A stretch of 64,000 nucleotides of DNA, from the NCBI GenBank assembly GCA_964503595.1, contig CAZDAM010000003.1, positions 5,844 through 69,843 on the forward strand, read 5' to 3'. The notes below the pieces were generated by a model. It was not told where the DNA came from, searched no databases, and saw only the letters and a program-made list of their open reading frames with translations. This stretch comes from an uncultured bacterium (GTDB lineage: Bacteria > Muiribacteriota > UBA6191). Made by a program: the position numbers and the translations under genes. This document shows positions 18,512 through 28,047 of this stretch, piece by piece (the first letter of the stretch is position 1; every line of letters begins with the position of its first letter).

Positions 18512-19374
18512 AAGGAAAATTCTTCTGGATGCAGGCTTTCGAGGCCCATCCCTTCAGCGGAAACCCCTGTCCGGTCTACCTGTTGCCAAAGCCTCTCGAA
18601 GAGGTCAGGATGCTGGCGATTGCAAAAGAAATGAATCAGTCGGAAACGGCTTTTGTCCATCGGGAAAAGGGCAGGATTCATGCCCGCTATTTTACCTGCC
18701 TGGAGGAAATTCCCATGGCTGGACACCCGACTCTCTGCACGGCTAAAGCCCTGGTAGAAGCGGGCTGGGTTGAGGCCGGGAGCCGCATAGGGCTTCATCT
18801 GCCGGCAGGTGTCTATTTCTGTGGAGCTGATCAGAATGAGGCTTACATGGAGCAGGAGCCGATTGCTTCCGGAAACCGGCTCTCAAAGGAGTCTGCCGCG
18901 GAGTTGGGAGGCCTGAATGCGGATGATTTCTTTGCTCCTCCCCAGATTTTCAGCACCGGGACTCCGATGCTGATGGTTCCTCTAAAGCCGGGAAGGCTTG
19001 CCGGGATTCATTTGAACCGGGAGGTCCTGACCCGTTTGAAAGCCGAGATGGACTTTTTCTCCGTGCATTTTTTTGAGTGGGATGAAGAGAATCGGATCAC
19101 CCAGGCTCGTCATCTTGGTCATGATGGAGAGGATTCCTTCACCGGTTCGGCAACCGGAGCCATGGCAGCCTGGCTGGCAGCTCATGGTTATGTGAAGGAT
19201 AGATTTACCGCCCTTCAGGGGGAGTTTGTGGGTCGCGAAGGCCGGGCCGATGTAAAAATTCTATCGGATTCCATCAGAATCCAGGGCAGGGTTCGTACTC
19301 TGGTTTCGGGGGAATTCAACCTTGACGGTTTGTCAGGTGAATCAGAAGCATCCCGCAGATCATTCCAGCCATAA
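18508..19374 (+). CDS. PhzF family phenazine-biosynthesis-like isomerase
   Basis: 'MQAFEAHPFSGNPCPVYLL' and 'NQSETAFV' are PhzF/YddE hallmarks. Start overlaps the czcA stop; the true start may be ATG at 18529. Confidence 0.65.
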   Translation: MKGKFFWMQAFEAHPFSGNPCPVYLLPKPLEEVRMLAIAKEMNQSETAFVHREKGRIHARYFTCLEEIPMAGHPTLCTAKALVEAGWVEAGSRIGLHLPAGVYFCGADQNEAYMEQEPIASGNRLSKESAAELGGLNADDFFAPPQIFSTGTPMLMVPLKPGRLAGIHLNREVLTRLKAEMDFFSVHFFEWDEENRITQARHLGHDGEDSFTGSATGAMAAWLAAHGYVKDRFTALQGEFVGREGRADVKILSDSIRIQGRVRTLVSGEFNLDGLSGESEASRRSFQP

Positions 19375-19729
19375 CCGTGAGGGATGGAATCTGAAGGGTT
19401 CCTGTTGAGACAATGGCAGGTCCGGGACAATAGCCGCCAAGACCCCATCCCATGCCAAAGAGGATGGCTCCAAGAATCAGTCTGGAATCAATCCGACTTG
19501 CCGTGGGCAGATGGAATTTCACATCGCAGACCGGACGGCTGCGCTTTTTGGTGAGATGCCATAGGGGAGTATTGATCAGAAGGGCTCCACCCATGACGAA
19601 GGCAAGAGTCGGATCCCACTGGCCGAAAATATCCAGAAAGCCAATGACCCGATCTGGTCGGACCATACCGGAGACAATCAGTCCTGAGGCAAAAAGAAGG
19701 GCGCTGAAAACCGTGATGAGAAGCTGCAT
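19316..19729 (-). CDS. YeeE/YedE family membrane protein (sulfur-compound transporter component, half-size)
   Basis: 'GWGLGGYCPG' motif with 4 TM segments. Adjacent to a second YeeE/YedE half. Confidence 0.65.
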   Translation of the reverse strand: MQLLITVFSALLFASGLIVSGMVRPDRVIGFLDIFGQWDPTLAFVMGGALLINTPLWHLTKKRSRPVCDVKFHLPTASRIDSRLILGAILFGMGWGLGGYCPGPAIVSTGTLQIPSLTVMAGMICGMLLIHLTNRQG

Positions 19730-19730
19730 G

Positions 19731-20156
19731 TCAGACTCCCTGCATGATAAACATGCGCACAAGGGTTGCGGTGATCATTCCTGAAGCCATGAAGGTGAGA
19801 ACGGCGGCAATGGAACGGGGTGAGAACCGGGCCAGACCACAGATACCGTGTCCGGAGGTACAGCCGCTTCCAAGGCGGGTTCCTGCGCCGACCAGAACAC
19901 CTGCGGCAAAGAGATGTATCAGATTTCTGCCGGTGTCGGCGGATTGAAAGAACTCGGGTCTGATCTGATGAACCAGTAGTCCTGTGAGCAGGATGACAGT
20001 CAGAAACAGGAGACTGGGCATGCGGTTGTCCCCCCTGGAAAACAGGGAGCCCATCATTCCGGAAACACCCAGAATACGGCCACGTCCAAACATCATGAGA
20101 GCGGCGGAAAGCCCAATAAGAATTCCTCCGATTAGACCAAGAATCCAGGGGTGCAT
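19731..20156 (-). CDS. YeeE/YedE family membrane protein (second half-size paralog)
   Basis: 'GSGCTSGHGICG' motif characteristic of the YeeE/YedE thiosulfate/sulfur transporter family. Confidence 0.65.
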   Translation of the reverse strand: MHPWILGLIGGILIGLSAALMMFGRGRILGVSGMMGSLFSRGDNRMPSLLFLTVILLTGLLVHQIRPEFFQSADTGRNLIHLFAAGVLVGAGTRLGSGCTSGHGICGLARFSPRSIAAVLTFMASGMITATLVRMFIMQGV

Positions 20157-20167
20157 ATCTGATCTCC

Positions 20168-20908
20168 TTATAGCTGAATGATCTGGATGAAGGTAATGAG
20201 AGAAGCCATCGCGAGCAGGATGGCGAGAAGCTTTCTGAGGATGGTTTCAGGAATCTTGCCCGCAAGCATGCGGCCAGTGAAAGCTCCCAGAAGACAAAGC
20301 AGAATCAGTTCGATGGAGGGGTGAAGCAATGGAGTCAGAGTTTGCATCCATCCGAAAAGACCCGCGGTGGAATTCATGCCAATGATCAGAAGGGAAGTCG
20401 AAGAGGCAATGTGGGCAGGGAGAGAATTCAGGCTCATCAGAACAGGTACGGCCAGAAATCCTCCTCCGACTCCGGCGATTCCGGTGAGAATTCCGACGCC
20501 GAATGCTCCCGGCAGGAACCATTTTTTCCGGTTTGTGGCTGAGGAGGAAGGGGCAGAAAACATTTTGAAGGAAGCATAGCCAGCCGCAGTCCCGAAAATG
20601 GCGAGACGCATAGAGTCCGGGAATTCAGATCCGAGCTTTCCTCCCAGGGCTGCTCCAGTCATGGAAGGAGGCATGAACATGAGTGCTGCCTTCAGATCGA
20701 GCTTACCATCGAGCCAGGCTTCAAAAGCACCCCCAAAGCTGGCAATGCCAACAATGAGAAGGCTGTAGACAACGGCTTCAGCGGAATTCATTCCGGCCAG
20801 GGTGAGAATTGGAATGGCCAGAATGGAGCCGCCTCCACCGGTAAGTCCAAGCAGTATGCCGGCACCAAAGATCCCGAATCCGGCATATGTCAGACTGATT
20901 TCGCTCAT
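20168..20908 (-). CDS. TauE/SafE family sulfite/organosulfonate exporter (DUF81)
   Basis: Gly-rich TM repeats 'GILLGLTGGGGSILAIPIL' and 'GIAGVGGGFLAVPVLM' are typical of TauE/SafE. Confidence 0.7.
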   Translation of the reverse strand: MSEISLTYAGFGIFGAGILLGLTGGGGSILAIPILTLAGMNSAEAVVYSLLIVGIASFGGAFEAWLDGKLDLKAALMFMPPSMTGAALGGKLGSEFPDSMRLAIFGTAAGYASFKMFSAPSSSATNRKKWFLPGAFGVGILTGIAGVGGGFLAVPVLMSLNSLPAHIASSTSLLIIGMNSTAGLFGWMQTLTPLLHPSIELILLCLLGAFTGRMLAGKIPETILRKLLAILLAMASLITFIQIIQL

Positions 20909-21594
20909 TTCTCGCCTTCAAGTCCGCAAACAAGGTTGGCAGGGACAGATTCCCTGATTTTTTTGGGCTGGGCCAGATTGAGGTTGGCCATGAACTGAAC
21001 AAAACCGTCCTCACTGAGTGTCAGGCGTGGATTCAGCTTTTTCTCCTGTCCAACTGTGGAGCTGGTATGGCCTTTGTAATCGTGGGCCGGGTAGATCCGT
21101 GTTCCTTCGGGTAGAGTGAAAATCTTGCTGTGCACGGACTGATAGAGCCTGTGGCTGTCTCCCTGCTGGAAATCCGTACGGCCACAGCCCCGAATCAGCA
21201 GGGCATCTCCGGTAAAGACCATATCTTCGCAGGCATAGCTCATGCAGCTGTTGGTATGTCCGGGAGTCATCAGTCCCCGGATTTTATGTTTCCCGAAAGA
21301 AAGTTCCTCTTCATCCTTTAAAAGAATGTCTGCAAGCTCCACCCCACTGGCGTGGCTCAGAACAATTTTAGCTCCGGTTTTCTGGCGGATGTGACCTGAG
21401 GCGGTGATGTGATCAGCGTGAACATGGGTGTCCAGGATATAAAGAAGCCGGATGCCGAGTTCATCGATCAGTTTGAGATCCCTCTCCATGGTTTCACGAA
21501 CGGGGTCGATCAGAATGCCTTCCAGGGTTGTTTCGTCTGCGAGCAGGTAGGTATAGGTGGATGATTCGTGTTCAAACAGCTGATGGAAGATCAT
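20905..21594 (-). CDS. MBL-fold metallo-hydrolase, persulfide dioxygenase (ETHE1/Blh)-like
   Basis: 'LDTHVHADHITASG' (HxHxDH) metal site, about 229 aa. Co-located with TauE and YeeE as in sulfur-detox clusters. Confidence 0.65.
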   Translation of the reverse strand: MIFHQLFEHESSTYTYLLADETTLEGILIDPVRETMERDLKLIDELGIRLLYILDTHVHADHITASGHIRQKTGAKIVLSHASGVELADILLKDEEELSFGKHKIRGLMTPGHTNSCMSYACEDMVFTGDALLIRGCGRTDFQQGDSHRLYQSVHSKIFTLPEGTRIYPAHDYKGHTSSTVGQEKKLNPRLTLSEDGFVQFMANLNLAQPKKIRESVPANLVCGLEGEK

Positions 21595-21700
21595 GGGAGT
21601 CTCCTTTTTACCCGGTTTTCATTCTGATTCTGCCACAGCCAGGAAGGAGGCAATATGACCGGGATCAGGATTTGAATTTTTTTTTCATGAAAATCCAGGA

Positions 21701-21728
21701 TTGACATCTGGGAATTGGGTCTTAGGAT
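21701..21728 (+). promoter_or_regulatory. Putative promoter of the S1 protease gene
   Basis: TTGACA at 21701-21706, 16-nt spacer, TAGGAT. RBS ggaaagga upstream of the ATG at 21758. Confidence 0.3.
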
Positions 21729-21757
21729 TTCGGGAAATTCTAGGAAAGGATTACCTG

Positions 21758-22624
21758 ATGCGTAAACTTGCTGTGTCTTTGATGGTGGCTTTCTCTGCCG
21801 CTGTTCCTTCTTTTGCTGATTCGGAAGCTCTTGCTCCTACACTTGAAGGCTCTCTGCGCCATAGTGGGGCAATTTCCCGCATGAACCGTATTGTCGGCGG
21901 TGTCGAAGCCCAAAAGGGAGAATGGCCTTTTATCGTAGGTCTGATCCAGAAAGGCAAGCCCACTTATGATGGTCAGTTCTGTGGCGGCTCCCTGATTGCT
22001 CCCCAATGGGTTCTGACTGCTGCCCACTGTGTAAAAAGTGGCAACAACACGGCAAGTCCCCGTTCCATGGAAGTCTATCTGAATGGTCATGATTTGACCG
22101 ACGATTCTTCCGGATACCGGGTGAATGTGTCCAAGGTCATTCCGCATTCCCGCTACAATGAGAACAATATGGACAATGATATTGCTCTTCTGAAGCTGTC
22201 CCGCCCGGTGACGGATGTCACTCCTGCTCCTATTCTGGAAAGAGGCAGCCGCCTGGACGCTCCTCCTTATGTTTCCCGGGTCATGGGCTGGGGCAATATG
22301 AAGGAACAGGGCAGCAACTTCCCGGCGAAGCTTCAGAAAGTCGATGTGCCTTTTGTCGATCGCCAGACCTGTGATCGGGCGATTGGGAATCTGGTGAACC
22401 AATCCGGAATCATCAGTGCCAATATGCTTTGTGCCGGTTTTTCCCAGGGTGGCAAAGATAGCTGCCAGGGCGATTCCGGAGGTCCACTGGCAGTTCAGGA
22501 TGGCAACACCTGGAAACAGGCTGGGGTTGTCAGCTGGGGAATCGGCTGTGCCCGCCCGAATGCCTATGGAGTTTACACCCGTGTGCAGAACTATCACGGC
22601 TGGATAGAATCCCAGATGCGCTGA
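21758..22624 (+). CDS. Secreted trypsin-like serine protease (chymotrypsin fold, S1A) with zymogen-type propeptide
   Basis: Signal peptide, 'NR|IVGGVEA' activation junction, 'CGGSLIAPQWVLTAAHC' (His57), 'DIALLKLS' (Asp102), 'DSCQGDSGGPL' (Asp189 and Ser195). Confidence 0.85.
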   Translation: MRKLAVSLMVAFSAAVPSFADSEALAPTLEGSLRHSGAISRMNRIVGGVEAQKGEWPFIVGLIQKGKPTYDGQFCGGSLIAPQWVLTAAHCVKSGNNTASPRSMEVYLNGHDLTDDSSGYRVNVSKVIPHSRYNENNMDNDIALLKLSRPVTDVTPAPILERGSRLDAPPYVSRVMGWGNMKEQGSNFPAKLQKVDVPFVDRQTCDRAIGNLVNQSGIISANMLCAGFSQGGKDSCQGDSGGPLAVQDGNTWKQAGVVSWGIGCARPNAYGVYTRVQNYHGWIESQMR

Positions 22625-22646
22625 TTGCCATCAGAAAGCAGAAGGT

Positions 22647-22674
22647 AAAAGCCCCGCTTCGGCGGGGTTTTTTC
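22647..22674. terminator. Bidirectional intrinsic terminator (GC stem with UUCG tetraloop, flanked by an A-run and a T-run)
   Basis: aaaa-gccccgc-ttcg-gcggggc... -tttttt lies between the convergent protease (+) and acr3 (-) genes. Confidence 0.7.
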
Positions 22675-22677
22675 ATG

Positions 22678-23682
22678 TCAGGAAAAACGGTGACGGGTGC
22701 GGTTGGCAATGGCTACCAGGGAAAGCATGACAGGGACTTCGACGAGTACCCCGACCACGGTGGCAAGGGCAGCACCGGAGTGGAGTCCGAAAAGGGAAAT
22801 GGCGACGGCCACAGCCAGTTCAAAGAAATTGGATGTCCCGATCAGACAGGCTGGAGCAGCAATCGAGTGGGGCAGTTTCATTTTCCAGGCTGCCAGATAG
22901 GAGATTGCGAAGATGCCGTAGGTCTGAAGAGTCAGGGGAATGGCAATCAGCAGAATGATGAAGGGTTCCTTAAGAATGGTTTCTGCCTTGAAACCAAACA
23001 GAAGAATGACGGTGAGGAGAAGCCCGATGATGGAAAAGGGTTTGAGTTTCACAAGCAGGTTTTCAAGCTTTGGAGCAGGCAGGGCCTTTCGGGTGAGAAC
23101 TCCGGCAATCAGGGGCAGAACCACATAAAGCAAGATGGAAATCAGAAGCGTTTCCCAGGGGACCTGGATATCACTGACGCCAAGCAGAAATGCCGAGATG
23201 GGGGCAAAGGCAAAGACCATGATCAGATCGTTTACCGAAACCTGAACCAGGGTGTAGTTGGGATCTCCCTTGGTGAGCTGACTCCAGACAAAGACCATGG
23301 CGGTACAGGGAGCCACCCCTAAGAGGATCATCCCGGCAATGTATTCCTGGGCTTTGTGGGCCTCTACCCAGGAGCTGAAAAGAACCCGGAAGAACAGCCA
23401 GCCCAGAAAGGCCATGGTAAAGGGCTTGATCAGCCAGTTTACGATCAGGGTCAGGGCGAGTCCTTTGGGCTTTTTCTTTATGTCCCGGATAGCGCTGAAA
23501 TCAATCTGAATCATCATGGGATAGATCATGAGCCAGATCAGAACCGCAACAATCAGATTAACGTGAGCAAATTCGAGAGAGGCGATTTTCTGGAATCCAT
23601 CAGGCGAGAGAATGCCCAGAAGCACTCCAAGTCCAATGCTTAGCGCTACCCAGATGGATAGATATCTTTCAAAGAGTCCCAT
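22678..23682 (-). CDS. acr3: Arsenite efflux transporter, ACR3 family
   Basis: '[23 protein letters not shown]...' is an ACR3-type N-terminus with 10 TM segments. In an operon with arsC and arsR. Confidence 0.8.
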   Translation of the reverse strand: MGLFERYLSIWVALSIGLGVLLGILSPDGFQKIASLEFAHVNLIVAVLIWLMIYPMMIQIDFSAIRDIKKKPKGLALTLIVNWLIKPFTMAFLGWLFFRVLFSSWVEAHKAQEYIAGMILLGVAPCTAMVFVWSQLTKGDPNYTLVQVSVNDLIMVFAFAPISAFLLGVSDIQVPWETLLISILLYVVLPLIAGVLTRKALPAPKLENLLVKLKPFSIIGLLLTVILLFGFKAETILKEPFIILLIAIPLTLQTYGIFAISYLAAWKMKLPHSIAAPACLIGTSNFFELAVAVAISLFGLHSGAALATVVGVLVEVPVMLSLVAIANRTRHRFS

Positions 23683-24154
23683 ATTCTTTCTGCTCCTCCA
23701 GATTTTCAAGGACCTGAATTCTGGCTTCATGTGACAAAAGGGCTACTTCACAAAGTTGCCCGACTCTTTTCTGAATCATGTCGATCACTCTTTCAAATGC
23801 CTGATCGATTTCTTCCGGGCTACCCTGAATCCGGGATGGGTCAGGCAGCTCCCAATGAATTTTTAACCCATTGCGAAGAACCAGTGGGCAGGATTCCCGG
23901 GCAGCCTGATCACAGACTGTGATGATGGCGTCGAATTCCTGGTTTTCAAAATCATCCCAGGACTGACTTTTCAGACTCTGGGTGGGAATGCCAAGAGCTC
24001 TCAGGTGTTTCAAGGTCAGTGGATGGACTTCTCCACTTGGTTGAGAGCCTGCGCTGAAGGCCTGGATGAGACCCTTTCCACAGTGATTGGTCAGGGCCTC
24101 GGACAGAATGCTGCGACAGCGGTTATGGGTACAGACGTAAAGGATTTTCAGCAT
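23669..24154 (-). CDS. arsC: Arsenate reductase ArsC (LMW-PTP family, thioredoxin-coupled)
   Basis: '[21 protein letters not shown]' is the CX5R P-loop of LMW-PTP ArsC. 161 aa. Confidence 0.85.
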   Translation of the reverse strand: MLKILYVCTHNRCRSILSEALTNHCGKGLIQAFSAGSQPSGEVHPLTLKHLRALGIPTQSLKSQSWDDFENQEFDAIITVCDQAARESCPLVLRNGLKIHWELPDPSRIQGSPEEIDQAFERVIDMIQKRVGQLCEVALLSHEARIQVLENLEEQKEYGTL

Positions 24155-24498
24155 GAGGTTTCCTGGCACAGTTCGTAATTCAGCTTTGCCAATTGGGATT
24201 GAATGGTGTCGGTTTGGGACTCGATGATCTGCATCAGGACGCTGTGAGCCCAGGAAGGGAGATCCGGGTGTAGTTTGTAGTAAACCCATTTTCCTTTTCG
24301 TTGGTCCAAAAGCAGATTGCAGTTTCTGAGTTCGGCCAGGTGACGGGAAATTTTGGGCTGACTCAATTCCAGACAGGTTTGAATTTCGCAGACACAGAGT
24401 TCCCCGCTAAACCCGATTAGAAGGATGGATTGCAGGCGGGTTTCGTCTGCCAGACATTTGAAAAAGGTCAGAGGTTCCAGAAGAGATGGTTCAGTCAT
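24148..24498 (-). CDS. arsR: ArsR/SmtB family metalloregulator
   Basis: 'ELCVCE' metal-binding motif within a winged HTH. TGA overlaps the arsC ATG. Confidence 0.85.
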   Translation of the reverse strand: MTEPSLLEPLTFFKCLADETRLQSILLIGFSGELCVCEIQTCLELSQPKISRHLAELRNCNLLLDQRKGKWVYYKLHPDLPSWAHSVLMQIIESQTDTIQSQLAKLNYELCQETSC

Positions 24499-24504
24499 AT
24501 GCGA

Positions 24505-24535
24505 AATATCGTATATATGAAAAATCGTATATGAT
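24505..24535. promoter_or_regulatory. AT-rich tandem direct repeats (atcgtatat x2) in the arsR/chrA divergent promoter region; candidate ArsR operator
   Basis: 'aaatATCGTATATatgaaaaATCGTATATgatc' lies immediately upstream of the arsR start at 24498. Confidence 0.3.
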
Positions 24536-24572
24536 CAAGTAGGATAGGTGCCGTGTTTGAAAACAGGAGTTT

Positions 24573-25712
24573 ATGGGCGAGATTTTTCTGACTTTTCTCA
24601 GGCTTGGCTGTACATCTTTTGGTGGTCCAGCGGCTCATCTTGGGTATTTTCAGGATGAATTCGTCAGAAGGAGGGGTTGGATTTCCAATGAAACCTATGC
24701 CGATCTTCTGGCTCTGTGTCAGTTTCTTCCTGGACCGGCCAGCACCCAGCTGGGCATTTCCATCGGACATTTAAGGGGTGGATACCCTGGCGCATTTCTG
24801 GCCTGGCTGGGTTTTACCCTGCCCTCTGCCCTTGTCCTGATTGGATTTGCCCTATCCGTGAAAAGCTTTTCCCATCCGGCTTTGGAGGGAGCTCTGCATG
24901 GCCTGAAGATTGTTGCGGTAGCGGTGGTAGCCAAGGCCATTCTTGCCATGGGAAAAAAACTGTGCCCGGATGCTCCACGGATTGCCATGATGGTACTGAG
25001 TGCGGTGATTCTGCTTTTTTGGCCAGATGCATCTGCCCAGTTTGTCGTGATTGGAACCGGGGCGGCACTGGGCTGCATTTTTTTACCGGGGGGTCAGTCC
25101 GGTGTGGCCCGGCCTGAATCTCCCGGTTCGCGTCGTATTGGCTTTGCCTGGCTGCTTTGCTTTGGAGGACTTTTGCTGTTTCTGCCTCCGTTGGCACAGA
25201 GCTCAGTGCTTGCCCAAAATCTGGAAGTATTCTATCGCACCGGAGCTCTGGTCTTCGGGGGAGGTCATGTTGTCCTGCCTCTGCTGGAAAAATCACTGGT
25301 ACCACATCAAATCAGCCAGGATCTGTTTTTAGGAGGATATGGGGCAGCTCAGGCTGTGCCGGGACCACTTTTTACGCTGGCGGCATATCTGGGAGCAGTG
25401 TCTTCCGGTTTTGCCGGAGGTGTTTTTTGTCTGATGGCGATTTTTCTGCCTTCGTTTCTGCTCATTTTTGGGGTGATGCCTTTCTGGCAGAATCTGCGTG
25501 GTTATCCCCGTGTACGTCAGGCTCTTTCAGGAGTGAATGCTTCTGTAGTAGGACTCCTGGTAGCAGCTTTCTACGATCCGGTGTTCACAGGGGCCATTTC
25601 AGTTCCACAGGACTTTGCTCTGGCTCTGATGGCTTTCTGCGCTCTGCATTTTTTCCGTACTCCTGCCTGGCTTACGGTACTTCTCTGTGGGGCTGTTGGG
25701 GCCTTCCTATAA
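24573..25712 (+). CDS. chrA: Chromate ion transporter ChrA (CHR family, long two-domain form)
   Basis: 'FLRLGCTSFGGPAAHLGYF' and the second-half 'ALVFGGGHVVLPLL' repeat are typical ChrA. 379 aa. Confidence 0.8.
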   Translation: MGEIFLTFLRLGCTSFGGPAAHLGYFQDEFVRRRGWISNETYADLLALCQFLPGPASTQLGISIGHLRGGYPGAFLAWLGFTLPSALVLIGFALSVKSFSHPALEGALHGLKIVAVAVVAKAILAMGKKLCPDAPRIAMMVLSAVILLFWPDASAQFVVIGTGAALGCIFLPGGQSGVARPESPGSRRIGFAWLLCFGGLLLFLPPLAQSSVLAQNLEVFYRTGALVFGGGHVVLPLLEKSLVPHQISQDLFLGGYGAAQAVPGPLFTLAAYLGAVSSGFAGGVFCLMAIFLPSFLLIFGVMPFWQNLRGYPRVRQALSGVNASVVGLLVAAFYDPVFTGAISVPQDFALALMAFCALHFFRTPAWLTVLLCGAVGAFL

Positions 25713-26300
25713 AATCCGGGCAATCATCAGCCTGAGCCAGAGTCCGACCGGGGACAGAATCCCGGTCGTTATCAGTTTGATTTTTCCTTCGTGAAGGATA
25801 TGGATGGTGGGAAAGACCTGAACCTGCCACTGCTTTGCCAGCAGGGCCTCTTCATCGCTGATTAGATGAAATCTGTAGCCCTTCTTGCGAGCGTACTCGC
25901 TCACCTTGCTATCCGGGCCGGATTTTACGGCGATTCCGATTGCAGTATAGCTGGAAGAAAAGGCACTGATGGTTGGTGATGTCGTGAGACAGATGCCGCA
26001 CCAGGTTGCCCAGGTATAAAGAATCACCGGCTTGTCATGACTTGCTTCCAGCAGGTTTATTTTTTCTTTATCGATAGTTTCAAGAATGGAATGTTCGGGG
26101 CTTAGGGGGACTGTCTGATTGCTGTATCGAAAGGCTTCGATGAGGCCAACACAGAAGCTGAGCCCCAGGAAAATGCCCACAGCTTTCAGGGTTGTCTTAA
26201 GGGCGGATGATAAAGAGGTAAGTCGTGACAGATTGGTTCTCCTGATATAGAGCTTTGCAGGGGCTACTTTTGGATGAAAACCCCAAATAGGGTACAGCAT
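25707..26300 (-). CDS. TlpA/ResA-like thiol-disulfide oxidoreductase (membrane-anchored thioredoxin fold)
   Basis: N-terminal TM anchor plus 'WATWCGIC' CxxC active site. Confidence 0.65.
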   Translation of the reverse strand: MLYPIWGFHPKVAPAKLYIRRTNLSRLTSLSSALKTTLKAVGIFLGLSFCVGLIEAFRYSNQTVPLSPEHSILETIDKEKINLLEASHDKPVILYTWATWCGICLTTSPTISAFSSSYTAIGIAVKSGPDSKVSEYARKKGYRFHLISDEEALLAKQWQVQVFPTIHILHEGKIKLITTGILSPVGLWLRLMIARIL

Positions 26301-26484
26301 TTAGTTGAACATCCGGGAGTTCGGTGAGGATGCCCAAGATGGATTGTTCTGCTTTGAGTGTATATGTCTTAAAGAAACCGACCCTTTCATACGACAAATT
26401 CTGTCGTATAAAATACCCTGTTTTCAGGAGATATATATCCTATCAGAGATGAGATCCAAAATCAGGATTTCTCTGTTCAGTGCT

Positions 26485-27879
26485 CTAGATCCCACTTAAA
26501 GCCTGAAATTCACTTTGAGCAAAATCATCTGTCATACCGGCCAGAAAGTCGACGACGAGGCGAATTCTGAGGCCGAGTTCCCGCCTTTCCTCCGCGGCGT
26601 CAACCTGCTCGCGGTAAATCTGGACATATCGGTTGGGAAGACGGCGCAACAGTCTGGCCTCAATCGGGAAACCGCGATCCTTGCCCTTTAGAATGTCCTC
26701 CATGTCGGCTTTTTTCAGGGTCAGGAGGGGGCGGTAGAGATTGAGCAGTCCGTGAACCACCGAATAGCCCCTTAATTCGAGGGTTTCCACGTCACGATGG
26801 GCGAAGATGTGGTTGCGGGCGACTTTTAAGAGAGTGCTTAGGGCGGTGTGTTCCGGGGCTGGAGCGGCAATCAGGGGTTCAAGCATTTCACCGCTTAGAA
26901 TACGAGGCAGGCAATCAACAAAACGTCGGGCGGCGAATTCACAGAGACTGTGCTGAAGGGCAGTCCTGAATCTTACAAAGGAGGGGACGTTCCCCTGTCT
27001 TTGCAGAAGGGTGAGAAACCGATCGAGAAAACCCTGTTCCTCAGGTTTCAGATGACGGCCGAGATCCTGCCAGGTTTCTTCCAGCAATCGTCGGGTTTCA
27101 TGGACTGTAATCATGTTTTTGTCCATGCCGTCTTCCAGATCGCTCACGCAGTAGGAAATATCATCTGCGGCTTCCATGATGAATGCCAGTGGATAGCGGG
27201 CATGATTGGGAATTCCGAGCTTTTCCCGGGCGGCGACAATGACCGGCTCCTCGGTCTGAAACCAGCCTGCCTTGCGGCGGAATGGGCCCTGGGTTGAGGC
27301 CCCGGCACTTCGGATATATTTCTGGGTTGCCAGAATCTGGGGATAGGTCAGGTTCAGCCTGTGAAGTGTGATGATGATGCGCTGGGTGTGGGCATTGCCA
27401 TCAAATTCCATCAGATCGGCTTCCATCATTCCGGGTTCTTTGCCTCGTCTGCGAAAAGGTTCGTAAAGGCGGGGAACCTCGGTTTTAAGCCACTTCATGA
27501 GTGAGGCTTCGCCGAAATGCCCGAAGGGAGGATTTCCCAGATCGTGCAGAAGGCAGGCCATTTCCACGATGGAGACAAAAGGGCCCTTGAGTTCTTCGGG
27601 AACGGCAAAATCCGTGTTGCCCAGAAGCCTGATGACCTTGAGAGCAATGAAACGCCCGGTTTGTTCCACTTCGAGTGAGTGGGTCAGGCGGGACCGCACC
27701 GCAGCATTTTTTTCCAGAGGATGCACCTGGGTTTTGAGCTGAAGTCTTCTAAGGGCAGGAGAGCCGATGATTCGGCCTCGGTCGGATTCTAGCTCTTCCC
27801 ACAGTTCTCTGGGTTCTGTGGAAGGGGGGCGGTATCTTAGGGGCTGGATGAGGCGGTGCCAAAGGCTTGATGATTGCAT
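26485..27879 (-). CDS. dgt: Deoxyguanosinetriphosphate triphosphohydrolase-like protein (dGTPase, HD domain)
   Basis: 'RSRLTHSLEVEQTGR', 'HDLGNPPFGH' HD motifs and the Dgt-type C-terminal region. Confidence 0.8.
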   Translation of the reverse strand: MQSSSLWHRLIQPLRYRPPSTEPRELWEELESDRGRIIGSPALRRLQLKTQVHPLEKNAAVRSRLTHSLEVEQTGRFIALKVIRLLGNTDFAVPEELKGPFVSIVEMACLLHDLGNPPFGHFGEASLMKWLKTEVPRLYEPFRRRGKEPGMMEADLMEFDGNAHTQRIIITLHRLNLTYPQILATQKYIRSAGASTQGPFRRKAGWFQTEEPVIVAAREKLGIPNHARYPLAFIMEAADDISYCVSDLEDGMDKNMITVHETRRLLEETWQDLGRHLKPEEQGFLDRFLTLLQRQGNVPSFVRFRTALQHSLCEFAARRFVDCLPRILSGEMLEPLIAAPAPEHTALSTLLKVARNHIFAHRDVETLELRGYSVVHGLLNLYRPLLTLKKADMEDILKGKDRGFPIEARLLRRLPNRYVQIYREQVDAAEERRELGLRIRLVVDFLAGMTDDFAQSEFQALSGI

Positions 27880-28047
27880 GGCTCAAGTTTACCCAAAGCA
27901 GGTCAAAAGGGCAGCATTCGGGCTTAAGTGTTCTTTCCGGGTGAATTCGGCACATGCAGATGGATGACGAAATAAAGTCTTCGTCTCGGGATTGCCGATA
28001 ACAAATTCAGGGTATAAAATCCTTTTTTTGTTCGAGAGGGGGACCAC

